NCBI RefSeq assembly: GCF_018977255.1
Contig: NW_024704754.1
Coordinates: 4,712,001-4,776,000, forward strand
Source of the DNA: Callorhinchus milii
Lineage: Eukaryota
Reading direction: 5' to 3'
Length of the DNA stretch: 64,000 nucleotides
The notes under the pieces were generated by a model. It was not told the DNA's origin. It ran no database searches and saw only the letters and a program-made list of their open reading frames with translations. Both the position numbers and the translations under genes were made by a program. This document shows, piece by piece, positions 16,629 through 29,349 of this stretch. Within the stretch, counting starts at the first letter, position 1. Every line of letters starts with the position of its first letter.

Positions 16629-16948
16629 GAGTCCTGTAGCTCAGTGGTTTGAGCACTCGCTTTGCAAGCGAGAGACCTGAGTTCAATTTCAGGCAGAGTG
16701 AAACCTTGGGCAAGTTTCCTTACTCCACACAGAGCCTAATAATAATCCCTCCAAAACCAAAAACAATAATAAATTGGTCATTTTCAATCCATGACTGTTT
16801 GTGGGACATTGCTGTGCGCAATTGGCTGCCGCGTTCGCCCACAAATATACAGTCAATTCACTTTACAGTGTGTTCTGTGAAGCGCTTTGGGACGTCCTCC
16901 CGACATGAAAAGCGCTATATCAAATGCAAGGATTATTATTATTGTTAT
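16629..16948 (+). mobile_element. Young full-length tRNA-derived SINE (short subfamily)
   Basis: tRNA head, Deu-like body, L2-type 3' stem-loop and (TTA)n tail. Near-identical to 25520-25864, 56231-56553 and 60648-60970. Confidence 0.9.
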
Positions 16949-17217
16949 TAAATAACATCTGGCCCGCCTTGACTGCTGGGAGAGCTTTACTTTGCTTAAG
17001 TGTTGGTGAGCAGAACACTCGGGTAAAGGTGAAGTGTGGGGAGGGAGTGAACTGAAAAAAGGCTGAGTGTCTGTGACAGAAGGTGAGAGAGAGAAAGAGA
17101 GAGAGACGCCTTTGCCTCCTCCCTGACTATAATCGCAGGTAAAATAAATCAGTTGAGCTGCTGCAAACACACAGAGCCTTAATCGGATTCCCACAATGCA
17201 CAAAGGACGAGACTGAA

Positions 17218-17490
17218 TCTCTCTCCTGTGTGTGTTTCCCTCTCTCTCTCTCTCTGTCTCTCTTGTTGTCTGTGTTTGTGTCTCTCTCTCTGTCTCTCTT
17301 GTTGTCTGTGTGTGTATTTCCCTCTCTCTCTCTCTCTTGTTGTCTGTGTGTTTCCCTCTCTCTCTCTCTTGTTGTCTGTGTGTTTCCCTCTCTCTCTTTT
17401 TGTCTGTGTGTTTTCCTCTCTCTCTCTCTCTCTTGTTGTCTGTGTGTGTGTTTCCCTCTCTCTCTCTCTCTCTTGTTGTCTGTGTGTGTT
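17218..17490. repeat. CT/GT compound minisatellite upstream of ARL10
   Basis: Repeated unit (ct)n-cttgttgtctgtgtgt-ttccc. Confidence 0.9.
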
Positions 17491-17700
17491 GGTTGGCAGA
17501 TGGGCCTATTGCAGAGCCAGTGTCTGAGCGGGTGAGAAAGAGAGAGAGAGAGAGACTTGTTGGGTTGACAAAAGTGGACGTGTGGGGAGGGGGAGGAGGA
17601 GGAGGAAAGGCAACACCGATGCCTCCCTGTTGTTGCCGGGGCTGAACCCGACCACTTTCCCCCCCACTTCCACTCCCTCTCTCTCCCTCCCCCCCCCATC

Positions 17701-20700
17701 ATGTCTCGTCTGCGGCAGTTGGGGTTGGCGATGGGAGCGGCGGTCGCTGTCCTGGGGAGCGCTCTGTTCATCTCCTGGAAATACTTCCACCGCAAAAGGC
17801 GCTGCTCAGAAGAGGAGTACGAGGTCATTAAGGAGGTAAAAAAAAAGGGGGTCGGTTGGGGGGGGGAGGGAGTGGGGGGGGGGTTCGTAAACACAATGAC
17901 TTGACCGCACTGTCTCGTCCCAATGCCCTTTCCCTTTTGCTCAACATGGCCACGTGTAGCTGAACTGATCCTAAATCAATAAAACTTGTCCCCCCAATAA
18001 CCCCCCCCATTCCCCCAATAACCACCCCCCATCCCCCCCAATAACCACCCCCCCATCCCCCAAATAACCATCCCCCCCATCCCTCCAATAACCATCCCCC
18101 CAATAACCATCTCCCCATCCCCCAATAACCATCCCCCCCATTCCCCCAATAACCACTCCCCACCACCACCCATTTAGCCTTAAATCCCTCAAAAGCGAAT
18201 TGCGGATAATTGTTGGCACAGGTTTTTAAAACCTGACCCCTTTTTTGATGGTAGTTTAAAATTCCTGAACAGTGTTTAAATCAATACAGTAATCGGAAAT
18301 CTCCGCAGCAATATAATACGATTGCGGAATAGGCTATTTTAATGGATAGCTGGCGACAAGAGACTTCAGTGCGGGGCCAGGTGGCCACGCCAGCCCCTTA
18401 ATCCCTTCTCCTGGTTTAATATAATTTAATTAAAGCAAAGATTACATTCTGGAATCAGCTTTACAGTTTTCCTTTGCGCCGCAAGGGATATAGGTGAATG
18501 CTACCAGGGTAGAAGTTATACACTGAGTAAGTTGTAAATAATAATTATGGATTATCAACAACTGCTTTACTTCAAAAACAACTGGAATATGCTATAAGAC
18601 ATTTGAGAAACACAGCGGATTGTTGAAGAGCAATCACTTTCTTAAAAAAAGTAACAACGCTGTTATATCACATATATTTTCTATACGCCCCTCCGAGAAC
18701 TTACTGTATTCTTTTATTACATTTGGTACAGTTTTGAATGGTAGTGGAGTGTGATTTTAATCTGACCATTTTTACACTCTTTATTTTGTTTTGTTGTTAT
18801 AATCAATAATAATCCTTGCATTTTTGATATAGCGCTTTTCATGTCTTCTAGATGTCTCAAAGCGCTTCACAGAATAGACTGTAAAGTGAATGGACTATTT
18901 GTGGGTGAAACGCGGCAGCCACAGCAGTTGTTCCACAGATTGTTCCAATCTGACCGCACTTCCTTTCATTTTATCCTGAACTTGTTGTCTCAGATTTGCT
19001 TTCTTTTTACCCTTTCGGTTTGGGCTATATATATATATATATACAGTGCTTGCAGCTGCAGAACACACCAAGGAAACAGAGTGGGAAGAGAACCTGAGGA
19101 AAAAAAATTCCAGCCATTCAGGACAGTTGTTAGATCTGAAAGCTAATTCACTCTATTTTTTAAAATAACTCACCTCTGTTCTGATCTGATTTTCTTCAGT
19201 TTGTGAGGGTATTGCACTGAATGCATGCTATAGAGCGAGGGATCTTACCATAACAGCAATCTTATCATAACAGAAAAGCTGGTATTGTATTTGACTGGAG
19301 ACCAGAGTTGGTTGGTGCTCTGTGGAGCCAGTTTGAGTCTACAACAAGAACTTGCACTTCTAAAGCGCTCTCCATGTAGGGTAGCATTTCAGAGCGCTTA
19401 ACAGTGGCGGAGCCCGACTCCGAGCCAGGGGTGGGGGGAGGTGGCCCTAAGCACAGTCGACGAGGAAGTCAGGCAGGACTTGAAAGAGGGGAGAGGGGGC
19501 AAGGCGGAGAGATTGAGGGAGTGTTCCACAGTTTGTGAGTCTAGCCCATATCTAATCACTGTCATTCAAGCTCTTTCCATCAGTTGGATTATTGGAAGCC
19601 CTGCTCCTGACTATTCTGTGTTTTTTTTNAAAGACAGATGCAAGAGATAAGCAGATTCTTGTTCTGGGATTAGATGGTGCTGGGAAAACCAGTATTCTGA
19701 ACTGTTTGGCAACCAGCAAAGTGAAACGTAGCACAGCACCCACCCAAGGCTTTAACGCAATGTGTATACACACAGGAGACTGCAAACTGGACTTCCTGGA
19801 AAGTGAGTACGTGTTGGAGGTTGAACAGTAACTTGATTGCTAGTAAATTGCTAAGATTTCTGCTTTGTGAAACATGAAAATCGGTCCAATGGCCAAGTCC
19901 AATGGGTTTTTTACAGAATGCTGCACTGAAACCATACACAGGGAAAGTAATACCACTAATGTGATTGCACGTCTTTTCTTACAGTTGGTGGCAGCTACAA
20001 CTTGCGATCATACTGGAATCTGTACCTAAGTAGAGCTCAGTTGCTGGTGTATGTGGTAGATGCTGCAGACCATGAACGTTTGCCTCTGGCTAAGCAGGAG
20101 CTACATAAGCTGCTGAAAGAAGATCCACAGCTTCCACTGGTGCTTTTGGCAAATAAACAGGTGAATTTTCCTGTGTATGTCCTGTGCTCTGCTGAGGAAA
20201 AGAGCTGATACTGAAGCCTTTTTTGTCATTAATGATTATGCACCTCAAGCCGTCTTGCTCAGCGCCTTTGGGCATCCTCCTGACGTGGAAGACGCTACAC
20301 AAATGTAATTGGTTCTTGTTGCTGGAGTCAGAGAGCAATTCACCATATTTTCACTGCTTGGAATCAAAGATAACTTTTAATAAACCTAATAAAAATGTAT
20401 TGCACTCGTACCTGGCACATTCTAATGACAGGTGAAACCAGCACGAACTATTCAAATATTTTTTGATGAAATGGTTTGGGTAATGTGCATAAATAACGTT
20501 TGGGCGATAAGAAATATTTTTTGGCAGGTCTCATAGAAAAGCTAATCATAATGGTACAATTTGTACTATAATATACAGGAAGTATTAGGTTTTTAACATG
20601 CAATAAGTTTTCCTTTCAACAAATGGAGGAAATGATGTTTCATAGATTCATTAAACTTTCATAAAGCAAAATTATTCTTTTTAATGTTACTATATAGCAT

Positions 20701-20917
20701 ATCTATCATTAATTCAATAGTTCTGGTTTTGTTCTTCCAGGATGTTGACGGGGCTCTTAATATTTCTGAACTTCACAGAAATCTTTCACTCCATAATGTG
20801 AATTATGAAAGAAAGCTTTTCCTCATGGCTACTAACGTCACTCAAGATGGAACAGATGTCCCAAAAAGTATCTATGATGCCAAGCAAGTTATCACTCAAC
20901 TTGTCATGCCAAAATGA
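17701..20917 (+). CDS. ARL10: ADP-ribosylation factor-like GTPase 10 (218 aa)
   Basis: Exons 17701-17835, 19634-19802, 19985-20160, 20741-20917 (TGA). N-terminal transmembrane segment ([21 protein letters not shown]), G1 GLDGAGKT, G3 EIGG (ARL9/10 type) and G4 NKQD. Syntenic between KIAA1191 and NOP16. Confidence 0.93.
17990..18172. repeat. C-rich minisatellite in ARL10 intron 1
   Basis: Repeated ccccaataaccatcccccc units; the G-runs on the minus strand are G4-prone. Confidence 0.9.
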
Positions 20918-22554
20918 GCAAACACTTCCACATTTATGGAGAGGTGATAATTGCACAGCATAATTCATCATTGTCCTTTCATAGTTTACCAATAGGTCAG
21001 ACCAGGAGGTGAAAAATAATAATTTACTTTTGCCAGAAATTAGATATCGATAATAATGCTTCCATTTGATATAGAAGCTTAACACATTTTCGAGACGTCT
21101 CAAAATGATTCACAGAATAGTAAAGTACAGAACAGTACTTTACTAGTACACAGAACAGTAAAATGAATTGACTTTTTTTGTGGACGAAACGCAGCAGCAT
21201 TTAAGATTAGAAAAATACATAAAACTAACACTAATTGTCATTCAATTTAAAACTACACCATATAAAAGGCACAATTTTCTGAACTAGGATAAACGTTTTT
21301 GTAAGAAGTTTAGTTGTCAGCTCATTTTAAAATAATGTTTGTTTCTCCTGTGCTGATAGGGAAGATAACCATTTCTAGCTGATCATCTTATGTTTAAGTA
21401 CCCTTTTTGGAAACCATAGAGGTAATGAAGACTAGAGATGGATGTGGCTGGAGCTCAATTTGAAACATATAATTCTAGTGTGGTCACTTTCATATCTTAC
21501 CATTCATTTCAAACCTCATTTAGAAACTTAAATGAACTCTGTCACGGTCCAAATCATTAATATGTGGCGTCAAAACCTAAAACCCTGAATCATGTACTTG
21601 CAAAGGGAGTATTTGCTGCACAGCAGATAGCTCATTCAATTTACCATGTGCTGTGGACTATCTATTTTTTCAGTTTGCTTTTTGCAATATTGTTTTATTT
21701 ATTCCCAAACACTCCAAATGTCACAATGTTCACAAAAGACCCATCAAAATTACTAACTGGACCACCAGTCTGATCAACAACAGAATCCATACAACTTTAG
21801 AGGCCTCAAATATCCCATGTGCATAATTTAAATTGTCGTTAAGTTTTGACATTTCATTTCAAGGCCAGTTTCCACAGTTCTTAAAAATAATTGGCTAAAT
21901 CTTTCCAGTGTTATGTAACAAGAAAAAGACAAATATTCTTTTTGTGGCAGAACATTTTTGGCAGAACATTTTTTTCAAAAAGGTAATAGAATACTCATTT
22001 AAAGGATATTAACAAACTGGAATGAAACTTTCCAATAAAAATAATTTGACAAACTAATTTTCATTTGTGATCGATAACCTTGTGTATTGATAACAGGTTT
22101 TGCTATGAATGAGTGTGTTTTTGGAAAGTTGTATTTGTGGCATGTTTGGTTTAAAAACAAATAAACATACTATCGTAATTAAAATAGTTTTTTTAAATGA
22201 ATTGATATTCTCAATTACAATGTACCTTCACTACCATTCTCAATGTTCTCTTCACCAAACAGTTGCACTTCAGAGTTGTGCAGTTAACTTTCACCTAATC
22301 GATTCTTGTATGTATTACTAATGAACAGGAATTTATAACTAGGAGTATTAGAACATTTCATTAACGTGCAGATTTGTTCTTTCCTGCTTTCATATTTTGA
22401 AAAAGTCAGTCAAGCATTATCTTAGAATAAACCATGAAACTGATCCAAAATAAATTCCAGGTTTAGATGATAGCCAAAGTGCATTTCCAGAAAGTGTGGA
22501 GGTTTTTTTATCTGGCATATATTGTTTTATTTTAAAAAATTACAAGTCCAGTCT

Positions 22555-24868
22555 TTAAGATGTTTCCATCTCATCTTTTGCCAAGGATTTCAAAAATGCA
22601 GCATGCTCATCTGGGTGAATTCTTTTGTAGGCTTCAATTTTTTTCCTAATTTGATTTGGTGTGTCCTGGTAATAGTTCTTCTCGTCTCTTGCCATAGCCT
22701 AAATGAAAAAGAAGATATAAATGACAATCTTACAGGCCTAAGCTTGTGAAAATTGAATGAACGGGTAAATGTACAACATGATGTGGCTCAAAGGTTCCCA
22801 GGGTCAAATTCACAATAGCTAAACAACCCTTTAAGATTCTGTTTGAATTGTATCTTGTCAAAGGACTATCTCTACTGAAAATTCACATAAAAGCTATTGT
22901 TTTCTAAATATTTCATACCTTGTAATTGTCCTTGTAGTTTGTGATCATGTGCTCAACATAATCAATCAGATCTCTGGAGAGTGAAGTCTTTTTCTCTTCT
23001 GGGAGGTTAGCCTCTGCTTCTAGCTCTGCAGAGTAATGGTAAATGTCATTGTGTTATGTGGACAACAACTTCAATTTCACTCTACAAAGTTAACAGGAGA
23101 TTTCTTCCAGAACAACAAATTACATTTGTTTTAACACCTTTCACGTTGGGTGGACGTCCCAAGAGGCTGGACAGTCGGATTTGGATCCGAAGAAATGGTT
23201 GTGATTTGGAGGGGTGGAGGGCAGGGGTAGGACGATAAAAGATGTGGTCGAATAGGAGGGTATTTAGATGTGCCTTGAAGGAGGTAAGGGAGAGCGGAAG
23301 GCAAAGGGACTATGGAATGGAGTTCCAAAGGGTAGGGTGGGGGCAGAGATGCTGAAGGCTTGACCGCCGATGGTGGGATGGGCCGGGCGGGGTCATAGAC
23401 ACTTGGAATGCGTGAGGGACCAGTGATGGCTTTTTAAAGAAGTTGTACAACCAAAAGTGAAAGACATTGCAAACTTTCCCTGAGAACTGCATACAAACCG
23501 TTAATGACGTAAGGCTTTAATATAATGGTTTCCTCTCTGGCAGAGGCCATTCCCTGTATCTGTAAGAGAGGTTGAAATTTTGATCAATATAAGAATGACT
23601 CATTCTTCTTGAGTTGGCCCTAGTTGTACACAGTACACACAAGGACAACAATAATTGCAACACTTTTTGATAAGTCTTTCTTTCAGATTTCCCCCCCCAC
23701 CAAAAAAAAAGATGGAAATAACGAATGGTCAATCAGCAATACTAGACTGTGATACAGATAACTTTAGATCATCCGTGCTGCAGAGATTTCAATCACTTAT
23801 CAATAACACAACCAGCTAACAGTACATACCTTGCCTTTCTTGATGGGAAGCGTCTTGTTCGGGTCCATTGCCAAACCCATTTGAGCTAAATTCTGAGCAG
23901 CCGATTTATTCTGGTCCCACGCTCTCCTTATCTGATCGCTAACAGACATAATTATCAAATTAAAGTCAGTTGAGTGGGAACAGTAATGATTTAGGGTCAG
24001 TCAGAATAGTAATAATTCTGTAGGAATAATGATAATAATTTGGTCACTCAATCCACAACGGTTTGTGAGACGTTGTGCACAATTGGCTGCCGCTTTTCGC
24101 CCACAAAACATATAGCCACTGCACTTTACAGCATATCCTGTGAAGCGCAATGTATGTAGTTTTAGCGGGTTGGACTCCAGCAGTTACCCCCAACGCACAC
24201 TCTGGGGTCCTCTTGCCAACCTGCGACTAATACTCTCCGGAATTACGTCAGCAGGATGCCTCTCTTCAGGGAGAGAGAGCCCGTTCCATTCCATTCCAAC
24301 AGTCTATCTCTGGGCGTTTCCGGGTGTGGGTGGGCAAGCGTGGAATTCATTCCCAGTTGGGTTTGGATGCTCTTTAAGCGCGGCGACGGGTTTCCGCAGG
24401 TGTCAAGGCACCCGGCTGGCCCCCAAAAAAATCCGTGAAGCGCTTTGAGGTGTCTCAGCGGCGCGGTGAGGCGTTGGTGGCAAATAAAAGACAGCAACGA
24501 TAACTCGGTCAGGCTGTCGGTGGGGGGCGCGGGCCGCTGGGCGGGCAATTGGCTGCCGCATTCCTCCCACAAACCGTGACAGTCGGTTCACCTCTCGCAG
24601 TATATTCCGTGGAGCGCTTTGAGACGTCTCGAAGGCGCGAATGAGGCCCTGAGGCAAATGCACGGATTATGATTATGATTAATATTATTATATTAAACGC
24701 AGCAGCAGCAGCAGCAGCAGCAGGAGGAGGAGGAGGAGGAGGAGGAGGAGGACAGACTCACCATTCGATCCGCGGGGCCGCTTTCTTGTTCATCCGTCGC
24801 CTGATCTTTTTTCGGTCGGCCTCGTAGTTGAACTTCTTCCTCCTGTTCTTACCCTTGGCTTTGGGCAT
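22555..24868 (-). CDS. NOP16: Nucleolar protein 16 (175 aa)
   Basis: Exons 24868-24762, 23938-23830, 23559-23499, 23025-22919, 22698-22555 (TAA). Peptides MPKAKGKNRRKKFNY, LEAEANLPE..LSRDLIDYV and AMARDEKNYYQDTP. AATAAA on the minus strand at 22526-22531. Confidence 0.95.
24699..24752. repeat. (CAG)n(GAG)n compound trinucleotide repeat in NOP16 intron 1
   Basis: gcagcagcag...gaggaggag directly downstream of the exon-1 donor. Confidence 0.9.
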
Positions 24869-25303
24869 CTTTACCGGGGCGGCGGCGGAGAGAGATGGGG
24901 GGAGAGAGGCCTAACCCCGGGGAGAGAGGGAGAGAGGAGCCTGGGGGAGAGAGGCCTAACCCCGGGGAGAGAGGAGCCTGGGGGAGAGGCCTAACCCCGG
25001 GGAGAGAGAGAGAGAGGAGCCTGGGGGAGAGAGGCCTAACCCCGGGGAGAGAGGGAGAGAGGAGCCTGGGGGAGAGAGGCCTAACCCCGGGGAGAGAGGG
25101 AGAGAGGAGCCTGGGGGAGAGAGGCCTAACCCCGGGGAGAGAGAGAGAGGGAGAGACCGAGGCCGAGGATGAAACGTGCGGAGCCCTCGGGGCCGCCCTT
25201 TGACCTCTGACACTGTGACCGTCGCGGCCTGTGATTGGTCCCCGCTCGGCGCCTGCGCACCGACCCACTTGACTGACTGACTGACTGACTGACGGGAAAC
25301 AAG
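24869..25303. promoter_or_regulatory. NOP16/HIGD2A bidirectional CpG-island promoter
   Basis: Divergent ATGs 435 bp apart. Inverted CCAAT (ATTGG, about 25234), NRF1-like GCGCCTGCGCA (25249-25259), and YY1 motif CAAGATGGCGGC (25300-25311) over the HIGD2A ATG. Confidence 0.8.
24890..25152. repeat. 45-bp purine-rich minisatellite (6 units) between NOP16 and HIGD2A
   Basis: The core ggcctaaccccgggga recurs at about 24911, 24956, 24991, 25036, 25081 and 25126. Confidence 0.92.
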
Positions 25304-25519
25304 ATGGCGGCGCCCGTCCGGGAGGAGGTGTCGCTCAGCAAACCGCCCGTCATCGAGGGCTTCCATCCCGCCCCCAGGCCCCGGGAGGAGAGCTTCAGGG
25401 ACAAGTTCATCAGGAAGACCAGCGAGAACCCGTTCGTGCCCCTGGGTGAGTGACTGACTGACCCCGGGAGGCCAGAGACGGCGCTGTGGTTGATGATGAC
25501 CTTGGCCTCTCGCCTCCAG

Positions 25520-25557
<38 letters not shown>

Positions 25558-26452
25558 CCTTTGCATTTGATATAGCGCTTTTCACGTCGGGAGGACGTCC
25601 CAAAGCGCTTCACAGAACACACTGTAAAGTGAGTTGACTGTATGTTTGTGGGCGAACGCGGCAGCCAATTGCGCACAGTAATGTCCCACACACAGTCGTG
25701 GATTGAAAATGACCAATTTATTATTGTTTTTGGTTTTGGAGGGATTATTATTAGGCTCTGTGTGGAGTAAGGAAACTTGCCCAAGGTTTCGCCCTCTGCC
25801 TGGAATTGAACTCAGGTCTCTCACTTGCAAAGCGAGTGCTCTAACCACTGAGCTACAGGACTCCACTGCAACAATCCTTGCAGTTCATACAGTGCCTTAT
25901 CGCGTCTTCGAGACACTTTAGAGCGCTTCACAGAATATACGGTAAAGCGAATTGACTGTATATTTTGTGGGTAAAATATTTGTTGCTGTTGACTGCTGTG
26001 CACAAAACACAGTCACTGCACTTTCCAGGAACTGATGCCCTTCAACACGTTTTGACATTATCGGTGCAATGCCAAATGCAAAGGTTTTTATCATTTGTAT
26101 TAATTTTGTCAAAATGTCTTGAGGCACTTCAAGGGTAAACTCCCTTCTCTTTTCCAATAATGTAATGCTTCACTCAACAAATGGCACTCTGAATCTGCTG
26201 AAACATTGTGATCTGGAAAAGTGCTGCTGTAATTGCGAGGGGGGAAGACTCTGAATTATTTGGCTAACGCATATTTTCTGTATTTCAGGAATGTTAGGCA
26301 CAGCTGGTGCTCTGACCTACGGTCTAATCGCTTTTAACCATGGCAAGACTCGACATTCACAACTTTCCATGCGAGCACGTATCTTTGCCCAAGGTTTCAC
26401 CATTGTTGCTATTGTTGTGGGTGTGGTAGCCACAACTTTAAAGCCCAAATAA
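25304..26452 (+). CDS. HIGD2A: HIG1 domain family member 2A (101 aa)
   Basis: Exons 25304-25445 and 26289-26452 (TAA). FRDKFIRKTSENPFVPLG-MLGTAGALTYGL..SQLSMRARIFAQGFT contains the type-2 QxxxRxRxxxQ motif. AATAAA at 26714-26719. Confidence 0.95.
25520..25864 (-). mobile_element. Young full-length SINE in the HIGD2A intron
   Basis: Reverse complement of the short-subfamily SINE, with a long pure (AAT)n tail. Confidence 0.92.
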
Positions 26453-27384
26453 ATGCAATTTCTGCCCATCTTTTGGGAAATGATGTAGGAATATCAAGTT
26501 GTTGCAAATGCAAGACAATATACCTAGGAAATTTCTTATAAATGCACTAAATCTGAAATACCCAACAATCAAATGGCTTCTATTTGAGGAACAAAATTTT
26601 TAATCCAGAACCATTAAAAGGTTGGACAATGCCAGTAAGTTTGTAAGATAGCAGTTGTTTGCCTTCTCTACCTACCTAGCGAATGCTTTAAGATGCTGCC
26701 ATCTCTGCAGTGTAATAAATGATGTATAAGTGTTTGCTTAACTTCATTTTCTTGTGAGTGTATTTTTGTCATTGTTACCAAAATGTGCATCTGCTCCAGT
26801 AAAAGCTGGGTTTAAATTGGTGATCTTGAAAGGTTATATTAAAATTCATTATATGCTGAGTTTAATGCATTCATTTCTGCACCACTTAGAAACTAAAGAT
26901 ACTGTTTTGTGGATTTTATGCACTTCTAGCATCAGTGAACTTGTCCTTTCTCTCCCCTAAACAGAAAGTTCTCCTCTACTTCATGTGATGTCCATGGCCA
27001 GAAGTGACATGACAAAATCACTAATAAAATACAAAAATATTGAAGGAAATCATTAGACTAGTTTAAATATAAGGATTTCTTTAGAGATTTTGTGGGTAGG
27101 AAATTGGTTGGGATGGAACTTGATATTTGTGCACCACCCAACCTTGTTATTGTGTTTAGTTCGAGACACCGGTTCAGGTGAAGTTCCTCAATGGAACTGC
27201 ACTATTTGATTTTTCGCTCAATAACCACTAGAGGACAGCATTTCATGTCTAACCAGTACCGACTCAGTAAAATCCAGAGTGGGTGGGGTTTAGTGGCACC
27301 ACAACCACCTTACAATTTTTATAGCACCTTTCATGTCAGGGGGATGTCACCATCTCATTAGTCATATATAATAACGACAATGTG

Positions 27385-27790
27385 ATGTGGCATTATCAAA
27401 TGCAGATATCTCGATTTTAAGATCCTCACCCACGTATTCAAGTCCTTCCACTCCTCTGCACTCTCCAACCTCTGACCTCCTCAAAACAGTACCCGTTGCC
27501 TTCGTTCCTCCGGGTCTGGCCTCTTCCTCATCCCCCGAGTCCTCCGCTCCACCCTCGGCAGCTATGCCTTCAGCCACTATACCCCGAGGCTCTGGAACTG
27601 CCTTCCTCACTCCCTTTGTCTCGCTCCCTCCCTTCCCATTTTCAGGTCTCTGCTGAAGATCTTTCGTTTCGACCACGCCTTTGGTCACCTTCCCACCCCT
27701 CCCCTCCCCCCGGCTCAGTCCTGGGATCCGTTACTGTAAAGCGCTGGGATACGCCATGCGGCATGGAGGGTGCTATATAAATCCAAGTTA
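27385..27790 (+). mobile_element. L2-clade LINE 3' fragment
   Basis: L2 ORF2 end and 3'UTR (ctctggaactgccttcctc...gtaaagcgctgggatacg..gtgctatataaat). Confidence 0.75.
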
Positions 27791-29349
27791 CTGTATTATT
27801 CCTTAATGTATTTTAAAACAAAATGTTTATCACACAAATGACTATATAAAAACACATAAGGTGGCAAGCCAGCACTAAAGGCAGGGTGATGGGTGAGAAA
27901 CCATATTTTGTGCCTGTTGGCTGGGTAATGGAGACATGATACAATATACATAGTGTAGGTGTAACGTTCGCTGAGCAAGTAGCCCTGTCAATAATCACTT
28001 ACACGTAAATAAAGTTCATTGGAAGCCAGATCACATCCTTCAGGTTGGTTTTTATTAACTGCAAATGTTAAATGGTAAACAGATGAATTACCTGCCTAGA
28101 GAACCAATGCCAATCACATTAAATTAAAACCTGATTAAAATCAGGCTGCAGAAATTCAGGAGGAAAGGATAATTATGGCTACACAGCATCCAAGTTCAAG
28201 GAACGGTACTGTTTGCATGTCAGATAGGATATCTAGTTCAACTTGTGTTTTTTTAAATCCCTGATTCCTGTTTGACCAACAAATTGCAGCACCTTTTAAA
28301 TGGAGGTCCTCTTAATCCCCCTGGTCAACTTTAACAGATCTTAATGGATGTAGAAACAGTTAACACATCATTTCCTCACTGCACCCAGATTTTGCATTTC
28401 AATTGGTTTTGAAGCTTGGGTTTAACTTCACCCATACACCTGAAACAGGGACAAGAGAGAGTGTGTTCAAGATCAAATTAGATTTTTTTTGTGTCAAGGG
28501 AAGGTATTTGAAAAAGCAATCAGATTTTCTTTTTTTTTAAAAAAAACTTCACTCTTGAACTTTAGTGTCATCCAAATTGAGCTCATGGATCATGTTCTGA
28601 TGTCCTGTGACTGGTAAAGCAATTATTAGTCATGGTATATTTTCAGACAGCTAAAAGAATGGATGCAAAAAAAATTGTAAATTAATTCACAGGTAGGTCA
28701 AGCTCCCTACGATTAGATCTTCCACCATTACAAACACTAGTTTATGTACATCATTGCAAGACTTTCAAAGTATTTCCCTTCATCTGTCATAAAGAGTTGC
28801 GTTGCTATCGATGTACAGAATTCACAAGCACAATTTTAATATCTTCCCAAGTGAAAGCTATGAATCCCCAAGGAGAATAAATCCCAGATAGGGCAAGTGT
28901 AATACAATCCAGTTTTTTTTCTGAATGAACACACGAGTATTAGATTGAACTTTTAATGCAGTGTACCAGTGTAGTCATGATTTTGAAAACAAGGGCTAAC
29001 AGATTGCACTCATAATTCATGCATAAATACATAGTCATGTGATATAGCTCAAAGGAGAGGTGGGGATTATCAATAATTCAGAAAGTTAACATTAACAAGA
29101 TTCAGGAGTGTACAAGGGTGACCATTTTGACTGACCTGCCCATAACCCAAGGAATTGCCAACAAACCACATGTGAACAATTGAAAAATATAATCACTGAA
29201 CACTCATCAGATTTTAATTTACACCAGTTTGGTCCAAACAGGAATGACTAACACTCATCTTTCTATTCTAATGGCCATCAGACTTTGTGGGATGCAAATA
29301 AGAGCCATTAAGACAAAGCCCACACTCCTCAATAGTGTTACAAAGTTGT

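Noticed and set aside
15609-18219. Clusters of overlapping ORFs of 65-255 aa on both strands
   Set aside because: They are translations of simple repeats. Only ARL10 exon 1 (17701-17835) is supported.
17836-20740. Intronic miR-1271 homolog in ARL10
   Set aside because: I saw no miR-96-family seed hairpin in these introns, and that miRNA is mammalian as far as I recall.
24699-24752. PolyQ/polyE coding tract
   Set aside because: It lies in NOP16 intron 1 and is not part of any supported exon.
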